Virus record (IMG/VR): IMGVR_UViG_3300049255_000202
Direction: 5' to 3' (one strand)
Length of the DNA stretch: 64,000 nucleotides
Source of the DNA: an uncultured virus (IMG/VR IMGVR_UViG_3300049255_000202)
Lineage: Duplodnaviria > Heunggongvirae > Uroviricota > Caudoviricetes
Position numbers and translations under genes: made by a program. Numbering within the stretch: position 1 is the stretch's first letter; each line of letters begins with the position of its first letter. Shown one piece after another: positions 52,966-62,615 of this stretch. The notes below the pieces were generated by a model. The model had not been told where the DNA came from and did no database searches. It saw only the letters and a program-made list of their open reading frames with translations.

Positions 52966-54573
52966 CTACTCGTCGGTCATGGCGGCGCGGAAGATGGCGC
53001 GCTCCTCGGCCCGAGTCATCGCCGGCCCGATCCGCTCCTCGATGAGGGCCTTGTACCCCTCGTTCAGCTCGATGCCGAGAAAGTCGCGGTCGAGATCCTT
53101 GGCGACCTCCAAGGTCGTGCCGCTTCCCGCAAAGGGGTCGAGCACGAGGTCCCCGACCTTTGAGCCGGCTTTCACGCACACCTCGGCCAGCTCGGGCGGC
53201 ATCGTGGCGAAGTGCGCGCCCTTGTACGGCTTGGGGTTGATGTTCCAGACCGAGCGCTTGTTCCGACCGAGCGGGTTGATGAAGTCCCCCATGCGCTCCG
53301 AGTTCCCGAGGCCGTGCAGAGCCCGAGCTTGGAGCGAGCCCTCGATGGCGTTCGGGTCCGCCTTCAGCTTCAGCCCGTACTCGTACCGGGCGAGGCTCTC
53401 CGGCTTGTGCGGCTCGCGGATCGAGTCGGCGTCGTAGAAGTAGCTCGAGGACTTCGCCAAGTGGAACACGTACTCATGACTTCGCGTCGTCCTGTCGTTG
53501 ACCGGCTCGGGCATGCACGAGCCTTTCGCCCAGATGTTGTCGCCGCGCAGGTACCACCCAGGCTCGAATACGTCGGGCGGTTCCTCTACCCAGTCGGGGA
53601 GAGTCACATCGCTGCCAGCATTCAGGGCTCGGACCATTTCCGCGATCTCACGACGGCGAGCCACAACATCCTCGGGCGTCCGAGCGTGTCCGTTTCGGTG
53701 CCGGAGTGTCGTGTACAGCGTCCAAATGAGGGCCGCTTGGCGCCGCTTCGTCCGCAGATACGGGTACAACTCTCGGAGAAGTAGCGCGGAATCGTGAGTG
53801 CCCATCTGCCATCGGTAACACACACGCGATCCGAGGCGGTTGTCTCGAGTGCCGTCATCGTGGACGTACACATGACCGGCGGTCTTGCCCGCGAAATAGT
53901 CCAGAGGGCCTCGGTCGCAGTTCGTGAGGAAAACGCGAACGTCATGGGTAGATGTGTGGTTCTCGCCGCGATCCAGCTCGACAAACGAGATCGTGCCTTC
54001 CCCGTCGAGGAACCCCGCCAGCCAAGCCCTCTCTGCCTCCGGGCGGATTCGGCCCGTGTAATACGGCTGCTGTAGGGCTCTCGCTACGAGCCACGGAATC
54101 CCGATGAGGTCCTTCTCTTTGAGGCCGTCGTCGGTGATGGGCATGCGCACACCGCCCTTGGCGGCGCGGTCGGCCCAGTTGTCGTCCGTGTCTCGGCGTA
54201 CCGAGCCATCTGCGTTGGGGCCGAGCGTGAAGTTGTTGAGGGCCGGCTGGTGGCTCGACGTGCGGACCTTCGTTCGGTTGTTGTAGCTGTCCCCGAGGTT
54301 GAGCCAGAGGGTCCCGTCGTCTCGCATGACACGGCGGACCTCTCGGAACACCTCGACGAGGTTGGCGACGTACTCCCGCGGGGAGCCCTCGAGCCCGATC
54401 TCGTCTCCCTTGTTCGCGTGTCCCTCGGGCAGGTACGCCCGAAGGCCGAAATACGGAGGACTCGTCACGCACGTCTGGACGATCTTGTCGGGCACCTCGC
54501 GAAGTCGCTCGAGGCAATCACCGAAGAGAACCGTGTTGCGCCATGCGTGATGCACGTAGAGCACGTCGGCCAT
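52966..54573 (-). CDS. N4-C/N6-A DNA methyltransferase (beta class) with in-frame LAGLIDADG insert
   Basis: VTSPPY, LWLNLGDSY, KDLIGIPW, GWYLRGDNIWAK, HFATMP, VLDPFAGSGTT; insert carries WLAGFLDGEG. Confidence 0.9.
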   Translation of the reverse strand: MADVLYVHHAWRNTVLFGDCLERLREVPDKIVQTCVTSPPYFGLRAYLPEGHANKGDEIGLEGSPREYVANLVEVFREVRRVMRDDGTLWLNLGDSYNNRTKVRTSSHQPALNNFTLGPNADGSVRRDTDDNWADRAAKGGVRMPITDDGLKEKDLIGIPWLVARALQQPYYTGRIRPEAERAWLAGFLDGEGTISFVELDRGENHTSTHDVRVFLTNCDRGPLDYFAGKTAGHVYVHDDGTRDNRLGSRVCYRWQMGTHDSALLLRELYPYLRTKRRQAALIWTLYTTLRHRNGHARTPEDVVARRREIAEMVRALNAGSDVTLPDWVEEPPDVFEPGWYLRGDNIWAKGSCMPEPVNDRTTRSHEYVFHLAKSSSYFYDADSIREPHKPESLARYEYGLKLKADPNAIEGSLQARALHGLGNSERMGDFINPLGRNKRSVWNINPKPYKGAHFATMPPELAEVCVKAGSKVGDLVLDPFAGSGTTLEVAKDLDRDFLGIELNEGYKALIEERIGPAMTRAEERAIFRAAMTDE

Positions 54574-54574
54574 C

Positions 54575-54590
54575 TACACCACCCGGTGTA
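54575..54590. promoter_or_regulatory. Back-to-back YGGTGTA pair (putative divergent promoters)
   Basis: TACACCA-cc-CGGTGTA; GTG 54564 (minus) and ATG 54601 (plus), each 10 nt away. Confidence 0.7.
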
Positions 54591-54600
54591 TCACAGGCCC

Positions 54601-54873
54601 ATGAGTGACGAGAGCCCCGAGGAGAGACGGATCACGAGACTCGCGCGTCTATGGCACAACAAGATGTTCTACTCGTCGAAGCCCCGCACAGCGCTGGAGC
54701 AGATCGCGAAAGGGACGTCCGACGCCGCCGAGGTCGCACGCAAAGCCCTCGAAGCCCCGCGTCCCCCGAGCCCGTACAAGGGTTGGGGCGAGAACGGGAT
54801 GTTCTTCACGGGGCACATGTACCCCGAGTATTACGAACTGCCGATGCGGGACTACCTCGACCCCGACGCCTGA
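54601..54873 (+). CDS. Hypothetical protein
   Basis: ATG 10 nt after CGGTGTA. Confidence 0.6.
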   Translation: MSDESPEERRITRLARLWHNKMFYSSKPRTALEQIAKGTSDAAEVARKALEAPRPPSPYKGWGENGMFFTGHMYPEYYELPMRDYLDPDA

Positions 54874-55804
54874 ATGCGAACGGCCATCCGAGCGCTGAGC
54901 GCTTGGTCAAGGGCGGCGAAACCCCGGCGCACCGCTGGAGGATGAGAGCGCGCGATTCGAGGGAGAGGCCCCCGTTGGCCTTCGCCTGACGAACGGTGTC
55001 TCGGAGCGCATCGACGAGTTCCGTGTGCAGCTCGCGCATGGGCGAGGGCTTCTGGTCGCTCGGGAGCTGGTCGGGCCTCATCGGAGGATCGATACCACGC
55101 CCATGTCGAACGCGGTCGGGATGCCCCACTTCGCCTTGAGCTTGTCCGCGATCCCGCCCGGAGCGAGCACGAGTTTGTACCAGTCGGCCGGGTAGCCCCC
55201 GCCGTGGGCCTGCTTGATGACGAGAGTGGCGCGATCCCAGGCGTCGGGTCCGTCGCACGCTTCGAGCATCCTGACTTCGGCCTCTGAGAGATTCGACATA
55301 GTGCGGCCTCATACACCGCACTGCGTCTCGCTCGTCCCCCAAATCGTGCTAGGATGGGGCTCCGTGAGTGCCGGAGTCGTCTACGAAAGGGTCGAGCGCA
55401 ACGCCGCTTCAATGGTCGGCCCGCTCCCGTCTACCCAGTCGGTGCGGCACCGCGATTGGTGCTGCGGCATCCACGGCGCGGCCCGACACCGCAAGGGCAT
55501 CAAGCGCGGGACGAGCGCAGCCCGCCGCCGGTTCGAGAAGGTCGTCATCCAGCGAGAGCTGGCCGACCTCTAGCCGATCGCGCGGTAGCGACCGTCGTCG
55601 CCGGCCTTGATGAAGATGCCGTTCGCGGCGCGGAAGACGTCCTCGAACGGGACGCCCCACCCGAGCGCCTTGTACTCGGCTTGGATCTCGTCCTTCGTCA
55701 GCGGCTTCTCGCGACACACGGCCCGCATGTCGAGGATAGGGTCTCCGAGGCTCTTCATGGCTCGGCCTCTACACCAAGGATCTACTTCTAGGGCCGGCAG
55801 GGTG

Positions 55805-56110
55805 ATGGGCTACTCCTACGACCGCACGGCCGCCGAGAAACTCGGACCCGAGGAGAAGAAGGGCCTCGACTGGCTTTTCCACGAGCGAGCGAAGGCGATC
55901 GAGTCGGCCATGAGCGGCCTCGGGAAGAAGCTCAAAGAACTCGACAAGGAGTTCGACGACAAGTTCAAGCACGTCAACCGCGCCCTGGTCCATGCGACCC
56001 TGGCCGAGGTGGACGCGAAGAACGACCACGGGTTCTGGCGGCAGGTCGAGCCGTACTACTCGGACGAGGAGGACGTCTACTGGGTGTCCGAGACCTCGGA
56101 CCACTTCTAG
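55805..56110 (+). CDS. Hypothetical protein (MGYSYDRTAA...)
   Basis: Protein-like codons; helical composition. Confidence 0.6.
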   Translation: MGYSYDRTAAEKLGPEEKKGLDWLFHERAKAIESAMSGLGKKLKELDKEFDDKFKHVNRALVHATLAEVDAKNDHGFWRQVEPYYSDEEDVYWVSETSDHF

Positions 56111-56694
56111 GGGCCGGCGTCGCCCATCCGCTGCTCGAACCGCTCGACGGCCTGCCCAAATTCCTCGACGGACCGATGGAGGCTCGCGGCGGCCGGAGCG
56201 AGCTTCGGTAGCCCCGTGACCTCTTCGTTGAGCCGGTGAACACGCTCGGCGAGGATGAGGGCGCCAACCGCTTCCGCACCCCACAACGATGAGGGCGATG
56301 GTGCGGAGAGTGGCTTGGCTCGGCCAACGCATGGGAGTATGCCCTACATCACGCAGTTGCTCCGGCCTCGTGCGGTGGGACCGCGCGATGGGCGTCTTCG
56401 TCTTCAACGTCTATCTTGCCGACGCGAATTGATCGCGACGTCGGCCGGGGCCTAGTAGAGCCATGAACGCACTCCCCCACTCTCTCCGCAAAGCCTTGGC
56501 CGAGTACGAGGACGGACTCGTGAAGCTCGGCTTCACGAAGGACGAGGCGTGGCTTGCGTCCAACGGTGGGCCGAGCTTCGTCGGTCGCCTCGCGGCCAAG
56601 CGTGGCACGGTGCGGATCATCGTGGCTGACGAGCGCGTGTCCGTGATCGCCTTCGAGGGGGCCGTCGGGCGGGGCGCCGTCGAGTGGGAGGCGC

Positions 56695-57075
56695 GTCTAC
56701 ATCGATCCGCCGTTCATGGTGAACAACGACTTCATGGCGGACAACGCCATCGACATCGAGCTGGACGACGATGAGGACGTTCAGGCCAAGAAGGAGCCGT
56801 CGCTCGTCGAGATCCTCGCGTACAAAGACACGTGGCGGCAGGGGCTCGACTCGTTCCTCTCGATGCTCCGAGAGCGCCTCGTTCTCTTGAAGGATCTGCT
56901 CGCGCCAAGAGGCAGCATCTACGTCCACCTCGATTGGCACGCGGTTCACTACGTGAAGGTCTTGATGGACGACATCTTCGGGTACGAGCGCTTCTCGAAC
57001 GAGATCATCTGGAAGCGGCGCACCGGCTACATGGGTACCTTCAACAAGCTCGGGTCGGTCACCGACACGCTCTTG
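56695..57075 (+). pseudogene. Internal fragment of type III Mod-like adenine methyltransferase
   Basis: YIDPPF, AYKDTW, GSIYVHLDWH, NEIIWKR; abrupt junctions on both sides. Confidence 0.8.
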
Positions 57076-57199
57076 GACGCGCAAGAGACTCATCCAACTC
57101 CATGGCCAGCCGAAGCCGCCGCTGAAACCACAGTTCGACTTCGTTGAGTGCCCAAAGTGCAAGAACATCGAGCGCAAGGAGAAGGCGCAGAAGAGCCGG

Positions 57200-58131
57200 G
57201 AGACCTTCAATGTTCGCCCCTTCACGGTCGAGAACATGGGCGTGTATCAGCGCGCCGAGCAGTGGCAGGACTTTCAGACCCGGCGGAGCCGCTACCGCGA
57301 CGAGATGATCAAGGTGTTCGGCGGCGAGGTCGTGAACCACTCGCACCTGCTTCACGGTCGGAAGGGCCACTCGTGGGTGCATATCGGCCCGCTCGACGGG
57401 CCCGTGTCGGTCGCGCAGGTCTGGTCGATCGCGCGCGAGGCGCAACGCACCGACATGAAGGCGGTGACGGTCCTCTCGGCCGACTTCGACACACTCTCGG
57501 GTTCGGAGAAGGACGATCAAGGGGGCGACCGGCGTCGCGGTCACGATCCGAGTGATCCCCAAGAACGCCATCGACGAGGTGAAGCGCCGCTTGGAGATGC
57601 TGCGCGCCAAACCCCGACGCGCCCGTCGAGTCGATGGCGATCCCGGCGTTCTATGCGCCGCTGGCGATCCGGCTCGGCAGCCGCGTCTCGGGTCGCATGG
57701 TGCGGCTCACCCTCGAGCGGTGCGAGGTCGACATCGAGTCGTTCATCGCGAGCCAGCGTCCCGTGCTCAAGGCCGTTGCGCCGGGAATGTCCGCCGCCGC
57801 GAAGAAGAAGGCGCAGGCGGAGATCGACAAGTGGGAGACGCGCAAGCGCGAGCTGGAGAAGTGGCTCGCCAAGGCGAACACCTGGCAGAAATTCGTGGAC
57901 TTCTGGGCCGTCGACTGGGACTACCGCAGCCGTCCCGACGTTGACGATCGCCCGATCTTCGAGACCGACTGGCAGTCGTTCCGCGTGCGCAAGGGCAAGG
58001 GCGAGGTGGAGCCGCTCGTGCTCACCGCCGAGTACAAGTACGAGCAGCCGGGGCAGTACCAGGTCGCCGCGCGCGTGACGGACGTCTTCGGCAACGACGG
58101 CATCGCCACCGTCACCGCAGAGGTGAAGTGA
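57200..58131 (+). pseudogene. Frameshifted 3' part of a second Mod-like gene
   Basis: PFTVENMGVYQR...VDFWAVDWDY...VTDVFGND. Confidence 0.7.
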
Positions 58132-58358
58132 TGGCTCCGTCATCTGCGCCGCCGCCGCCCTTCCCCTTTGTGCGCGTTCACCATGAAGCTCGAACCGAAC
58201 AGGACCTCCACTAGGCGGCCCGACAAACCGGAGAGTACATGTGCTCGACGAGACACTTGGCGCAGATGCGCGGGCGGACTTCGACGTCCGCTGGCCACTC
58301 GTCCCGCGGGAGGATCTTGCCGTCGACGACCGGGAGAGCCCAGGTCTCGCCGTGCTTC

Positions 58359-58754
58359 TCACACTGAACCGTGAGCTTCTTCAAGCAGGAGCAACCTTTC
58401 CCAGGACGTGCGGCCATGGCCCACGATCGGTGGCCCTGGCTCGAATGGCCTGGCGGTGGACCCATCGATGTACACCAGGTGCCCGCCGTAGCGCTGGATG
58501 AGGCCGAGTGCGGCATCGAGTCCGGCGACCCATGCGTAGCGGAAACGGCCCTCGACATCGAACACGTGAACGCGGTCGGGGGAGCTTTGGTACCACTGGG
58601 CTGCGGCCGGGAATAGGCCCCACGCGATGACCGTGTGCTCCGGCCCGCTCTGCCCCGAGCCCGAAGGCCTGAAGCCGCTGATGTGAAGGTAGAGCCCCTC
58701 CTCGTCGCGGATGACGTAGTAGTTCTGCCTGTCTACGGCCGTGCCGCGGATCAC
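58359..58754 (-). CDS. Hypothetical protein with C-terminal W-motif (RTSWERLLLLEE)
   Basis: GTGA coupling with the upstream ORF. Confidence 0.65.
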   Translation of the reverse strand: MIRGTAVDRQNYYVIRDEEGLYLHISGFRPSGSGQSGPEHTVIAWGLFPAAAQWYQSSPDRVHVFDVEGRFRYAWVAGLDAALGLIQRYGGHLVYIDGSTARPFEPGPPIVGHGRTSWERLLLLEEAHGSV

Positions 58755-59194
58755 GAGAGGGTGCTCCCTTCACGGCGCGTCTCGATCGCCATCGAGACGC
58801 ACGTCTCGACCCACTCGGGGTTCACCGAAGTGCCGTCCGGACCGATAGCGAGGTCGGGTTTCGGCTCCATCATCACGATGAACTCCGGCGAGTTCGACTT
58901 GTACATGAACCATGCGAGGCACGTATCACCGTCACCCCACGGAAAAGGGAAGGTCTCCATGTGCTCGCGGTCGAGGAGTCGCCCGACGCCGTACCGCACC
59001 TTGTGGAGCGCCACGGTCTCGATGCGGCCCGTGGGGAAGATCTCAGCCCACCGGGCACGCAGAGCTTCCGTCGCACGCCAGGACTGGCTGTCGACGGGAA
59101 GCGTCCACGCTTCATCGTGGTCAAGAGGCGCCGACACGACCTTGCCCTCCATCGGCGTGCCGTCGACGACGATCTCTACGGTGCCGCCGATCAT
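58751..59194 (-). CDS. Hypothetical protein
   Basis: Protein-like ORF. Confidence 0.55.
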   Translation of the reverse strand: MIGGTVEIVVDGTPMEGKVVSAPLDHDEAWTLPVDSQSWRATEALRARWAEIFPTGRIETVALHKVRYGVGRLLDREHMETFPFPWGDGDTCLAWFMYKSNSPEFIVMMEPKPDLAIGPDGTSVNPEWVETCVSMAIETRREGSTLS

Positions 59195-59632
59195 CCACGT
59201 GCCCGTGCGACACCTTCCACCGCGGGTCTTTCGGAGCGACGCTCATCGATGCCTCCATGCTAGCCCGAGAACGGGACTTCGTCCTCGTACTGCGGTTGCG
59301 GGCGCCTCTCGTACTCTTTGATCATCATCTCGAGCTTGGCATCCGCCTCGTCTTGAAGGGCGCCCATCTCCTCGCCCCCGTGCTGCTCGGCGTACTCGAG
59401 GAACTGCTCTAGCCGGCGCTCGGGTGTCCCCTTGAACTGGTGCTTCGTCTTGCGCCACAGGGCCTGGAGGTGCGGCGGGAGGTTGACGATGACGGCCTCT
59501 TCACGCTCGCGGCGATGTTCCCATCCGCCGGGCGTGCCGTAGCCCTCACGTTCGAGGAAACGGGCCAGAACTCGGGGTGTGAGGGCGTCCACGCCCATGC
59601 CGGCCCATCGAAAGATCGGTGTAGGCTCGACC

Positions 59633-59980
59633 GTGGCCGATCGACCTCTCCCCTCTTGGGCCGTCCAGGGAACGAAGATCATGCCCGCCTCCGACCGGGG
59701 CCGCGAGAAGTTCGCATGGTTCTCGAAAGAGAACGAGATCAGCTACGGCCTCGTGAACTCGGTCGAACCGCCGGGCGGCTACGAAGGCGGCATCGCGATC
59801 CACGTGGTGATGTACGACGTCCACGGCAACCCCAAGAAAGTCGGCGCGGTCGGCGCGATCCCGTGCTTCACGATCCTCAAGCGCGAGGACGGGGTGATGA
59901 CCCTCGTCGCCCCGCCGACCGCGTGGGAACGGCTTCTGGGATTCCCGACCGTGTGGTCCCACGTGCTCGGCGACGACTAA
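59633..59980 (+). CDS. Hypothetical protein with two tandem C-terminal W-motifs
   Basis: GTG 9 nt after CGGTGTA; ends PTAWERLLGFPTVWSHVLGDD*. Confidence 0.65.
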   Translation: MADRPLPSWAVQGTKIMPASDRGREKFAWFSKENEISYGLVNSVEPPGGYEGGIAIHVVMYDVHGNPKKVGAVGAIPCFTILKREDGVMTLVAPPTAWERLLGFPTVWSHVLGDD

Positions 59981-61398
59981 AAACGGCGGCTCTTCGTGCG
60001 CGTCGAGGCGAGCCACTCGCCGTAGGGCTGCCAGTCCTCGTCGTCCCAGTCCTTCCCGCGGTGCTTGTACCAGAAGTTCATCCCACCCTAGATGCGAGCG
60101 TTCTCGTGGATCGTCTGCCGAGACGGCACGGCCGAAGCGTCATTCCCCCACGGCCGAGGTCGCGCAAGCGTACATCCGCTCGGTGCTCCAAGGGTTCGAG
60201 TACGGCTCGACGACGTGGTGGGTTCACCACCGGCCTGGTTGGCACCGTGAGGCAACGCCCCACGGAGCGAGTCAGCCCCTGAACCGTGCGTTGCGGAAGG
60301 GTTGGCGAGCTTCGTGGGCCTCACGGTAGACGCCGGTTGATCGCCCGCGCATAGGAGCCTAGTACGACCATGAGCAACGGACTCCATACCGTCGAAGTTC
60401 GCCGTGGGAACCTCAAGGCCGTTGCGCACGGCTCGCACGATGTGAGCGTGTACGACTTGGAGGACGACGACCGCGAGGTCTACCACTGTGGCGAGCTGGA
60501 CGAGGCCGTCGCGTGGATGGAGCGGGTGAACGCCTCGACCGAACCGGCTCCCGCCGAGCCCCCGTGCGGCCCGGCGTGCCCCGTTTGCGGAGGCGAGGGG
60601 AAGCCGCTCGGGCGACTCGGCCGCCGCGTCCACTTCCGCTGCCGCGATTGCGGCTCGGACTTTTCCGAGGCCGTCTGATGCCCTCCCGCCACTACAAGCC
60701 GGCGGGAGGGCCGAATCGACTACAAGCCCGATTCGGCCCGCACGTGGCGCGGCAAGAGCTTCCGCAAGGGCGGGGAGCCCGTCCGCGACCTTCCCGTCGA
60801 GGCGGCCCGCCTGGGGCTCTCCCGAGGGACCTCGCGGCCCGTAATGTGCTCGTTGGCCGGGAGCGTGAACCGGACGCAGAGCGCGTTGTCCTCCGTGTTG
60901 CCGATCTCGATGCACGATGGGCCGCTCACTTGGAGCATTTGTGGCTGCTCGGGTTCGTTGGCTCGCTCGGCAAGAACGACGGGTACCGCGAGGGGACGAG
61001 GGACGGGCTTGGACGCGGGACATCGTGAGGGACGCGAGGAGGCGATCTACGAGCACGCGGGCGACCGTCACGAGCATGGCGGCGAAGAGGCATCCAAGAC
61101 CGAGCCAAAGGCTCATCGGAACATCTCGTTGTCGCCGGACCATAACATGCGCGTGTCCGCGGGGAAGATGCAGTAGTAGTCGATGTCCGCGAACTTCGTC
61201 TTCTCCGTCCCGTTGTGCGTGCGCTCGGCCCAGTGCGTGAGCACGTGGAGCTTGTCGCCCGTCACGCAGTCGCACCAGCACCCGTCCATCCCGTCCCAAA
61301 CACGGAGCGTGAACTTCGTGTTCGCCGTGAAGAGGTCCGGCGCGGGACGCATCACCTTCGTGTAGAGCGCTTCGAGGTCCGCGACTCGCATTTGCCCC

Positions 61399-61779
61399 TC
61401 AGAGTAGGCTAAGGCGCTCCGGCGCCTTCTTGGGTGCGCGTTGAGCGGCCGGGCGCTCGGTCTTCGTCTCGACGGGCTCCGGCTCGGGCTCGTCCGGCTC
61501 GACGACGGCCGGGGCTGCCGACGGCTTCCAGTCCGAGGGCGGGTGCTTAAGCTTCACCTTTTTGCCGCACTCGCACTTGTCGGGGATCTCGTTGAACCAC
61601 GCCTTGCGCTGGGAGCCGAACGTCCCGTCCCGGTGCAGGTGGACGTCCGGCTGCTGGCCCTTGGGAATCACGAACACGTTGATCCCGTACTCGTCCTGCT
61701 CGCGCCATGTCTCCCCTCCTTGGTCGCGCGCCTCGTTGACCATCGTGTTGTAGTCGCACAGGTGACAGAGGTCGCTCAT
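61399..61779 (-). CDS. Hypothetical protein
   Basis: AAGGA SD; CGGTGTA at 61798-61804. Confidence 0.6.
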   Translation of the reverse strand: MSDLCHLCDYNTMVNEARDQGGETWREQDEYGINVFVIPKGQQPDVHLHRDGTFGSQRKAWFNEIPDKCECGKKVKLKHPPSDWKPSAAPAVVEPDEPEPEPVETKTERPAAQRAPKKAPERLSLL

Positions 61780-61786
61780 TCGTCCT

Positions 61787-62413
61787 TTACTGACTCCTAC
61801 ACCGATTGCGGATGAGAGGGCGATCTCGCCAGTGGTCGCTCAGGACTTTCGTGTAGCCCTCCCGGTGCGCCTTCATGCGTCCGACGATGCCCGAGCCGTC
61901 CTCGACTCGCACGTAGACGCCCTCCATCCAGTCCGAGTCATCCGTCTCTGGCATGATGGCCGCGAGCGGGACCCTCAAGAGGGCGATGGACTCCGCGAGA
62001 GCCTCGCGCCACCGACTCGTCTTGTACCGGCTCGGCCCCGTGAACGATCCGAACGCGGGCGCCTTGCCGAACTGGCCCGACCACAAGCGAGCCACGATCG
62101 AAACGTTCGCCCGAGTGAGCACCTCGTCACGCGCACGCACTCCGAGGAACCGCTCGCTCGGCCTGTCGAGCACGTCGTAGCCGATGAACCAGTCAGGCAG
62201 GGCGTCGTAGAACGCCTTGTGCTTGGCGAAGCACCATTCACCGTAGAGCACGTAGCGATCCCCAAGAGCGTCACGTAGCGCATCCATGCGTGAGGCGGCC
62301 CACCCGTGGAAGGGCGCGAACTGTCGCTCGCCGGCTCCGCCCCGTAGGACGTGGCCTCGCGATTGTAGACGAAGCTCTCCGTCCTCGAACCAGATGCCGG
62401 AAGCTAGGCTCAC
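61787..62413 (-). pseudogene. ATP-dependent RNA ligase family protein, N-terminally truncated
   Basis: LQSRGH, LYGEW..AKH..FYD.LP..F..YDVLD, MEGVYVR, RMK; the adenylation motif KxDG is missing. Confidence 0.75.
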
Positions 62414-62582
62414 CGCGCCCCCGATTTCGTTTCCGCGCTCTCGGCTAAGCGCTCGGATTTCTTCTCATTTGCGTCATGACGTGATACCTCCGAGCGCACG
62501 GCAGATTTGCATTCGGCGGCGCGTGCGCTAGCCTCACGTCGTCCCTCGTTAGGACCGCGTGAGGCTCACCGCCGAACGTGAT

Positions 62583-62615
62583 GAAACCCCCGTCCTACCG
62601 GGGGTTTCGTCGTTT
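62583..62615 (+). terminator. Intrinsic terminator-like hairpin
   Basis: GAAACCCCCG-tcctac-CGGGGGTTTC followed by GTCGTTT. Confidence 0.6.

Noticed and set aside
53563..54069. Canonical intein in the methyltransferase
   Set aside because: No N-terminal Cys/Ser block and no C-terminal HN-[CST]; reported as an atypical insert instead.
60088..60300. Group II intron 3' end or TnpB omega-RNA
   Set aside because: GAGCCGTA is present on the minus strand but no domain V stem could be formed, and there is no associated RT or TnpB.
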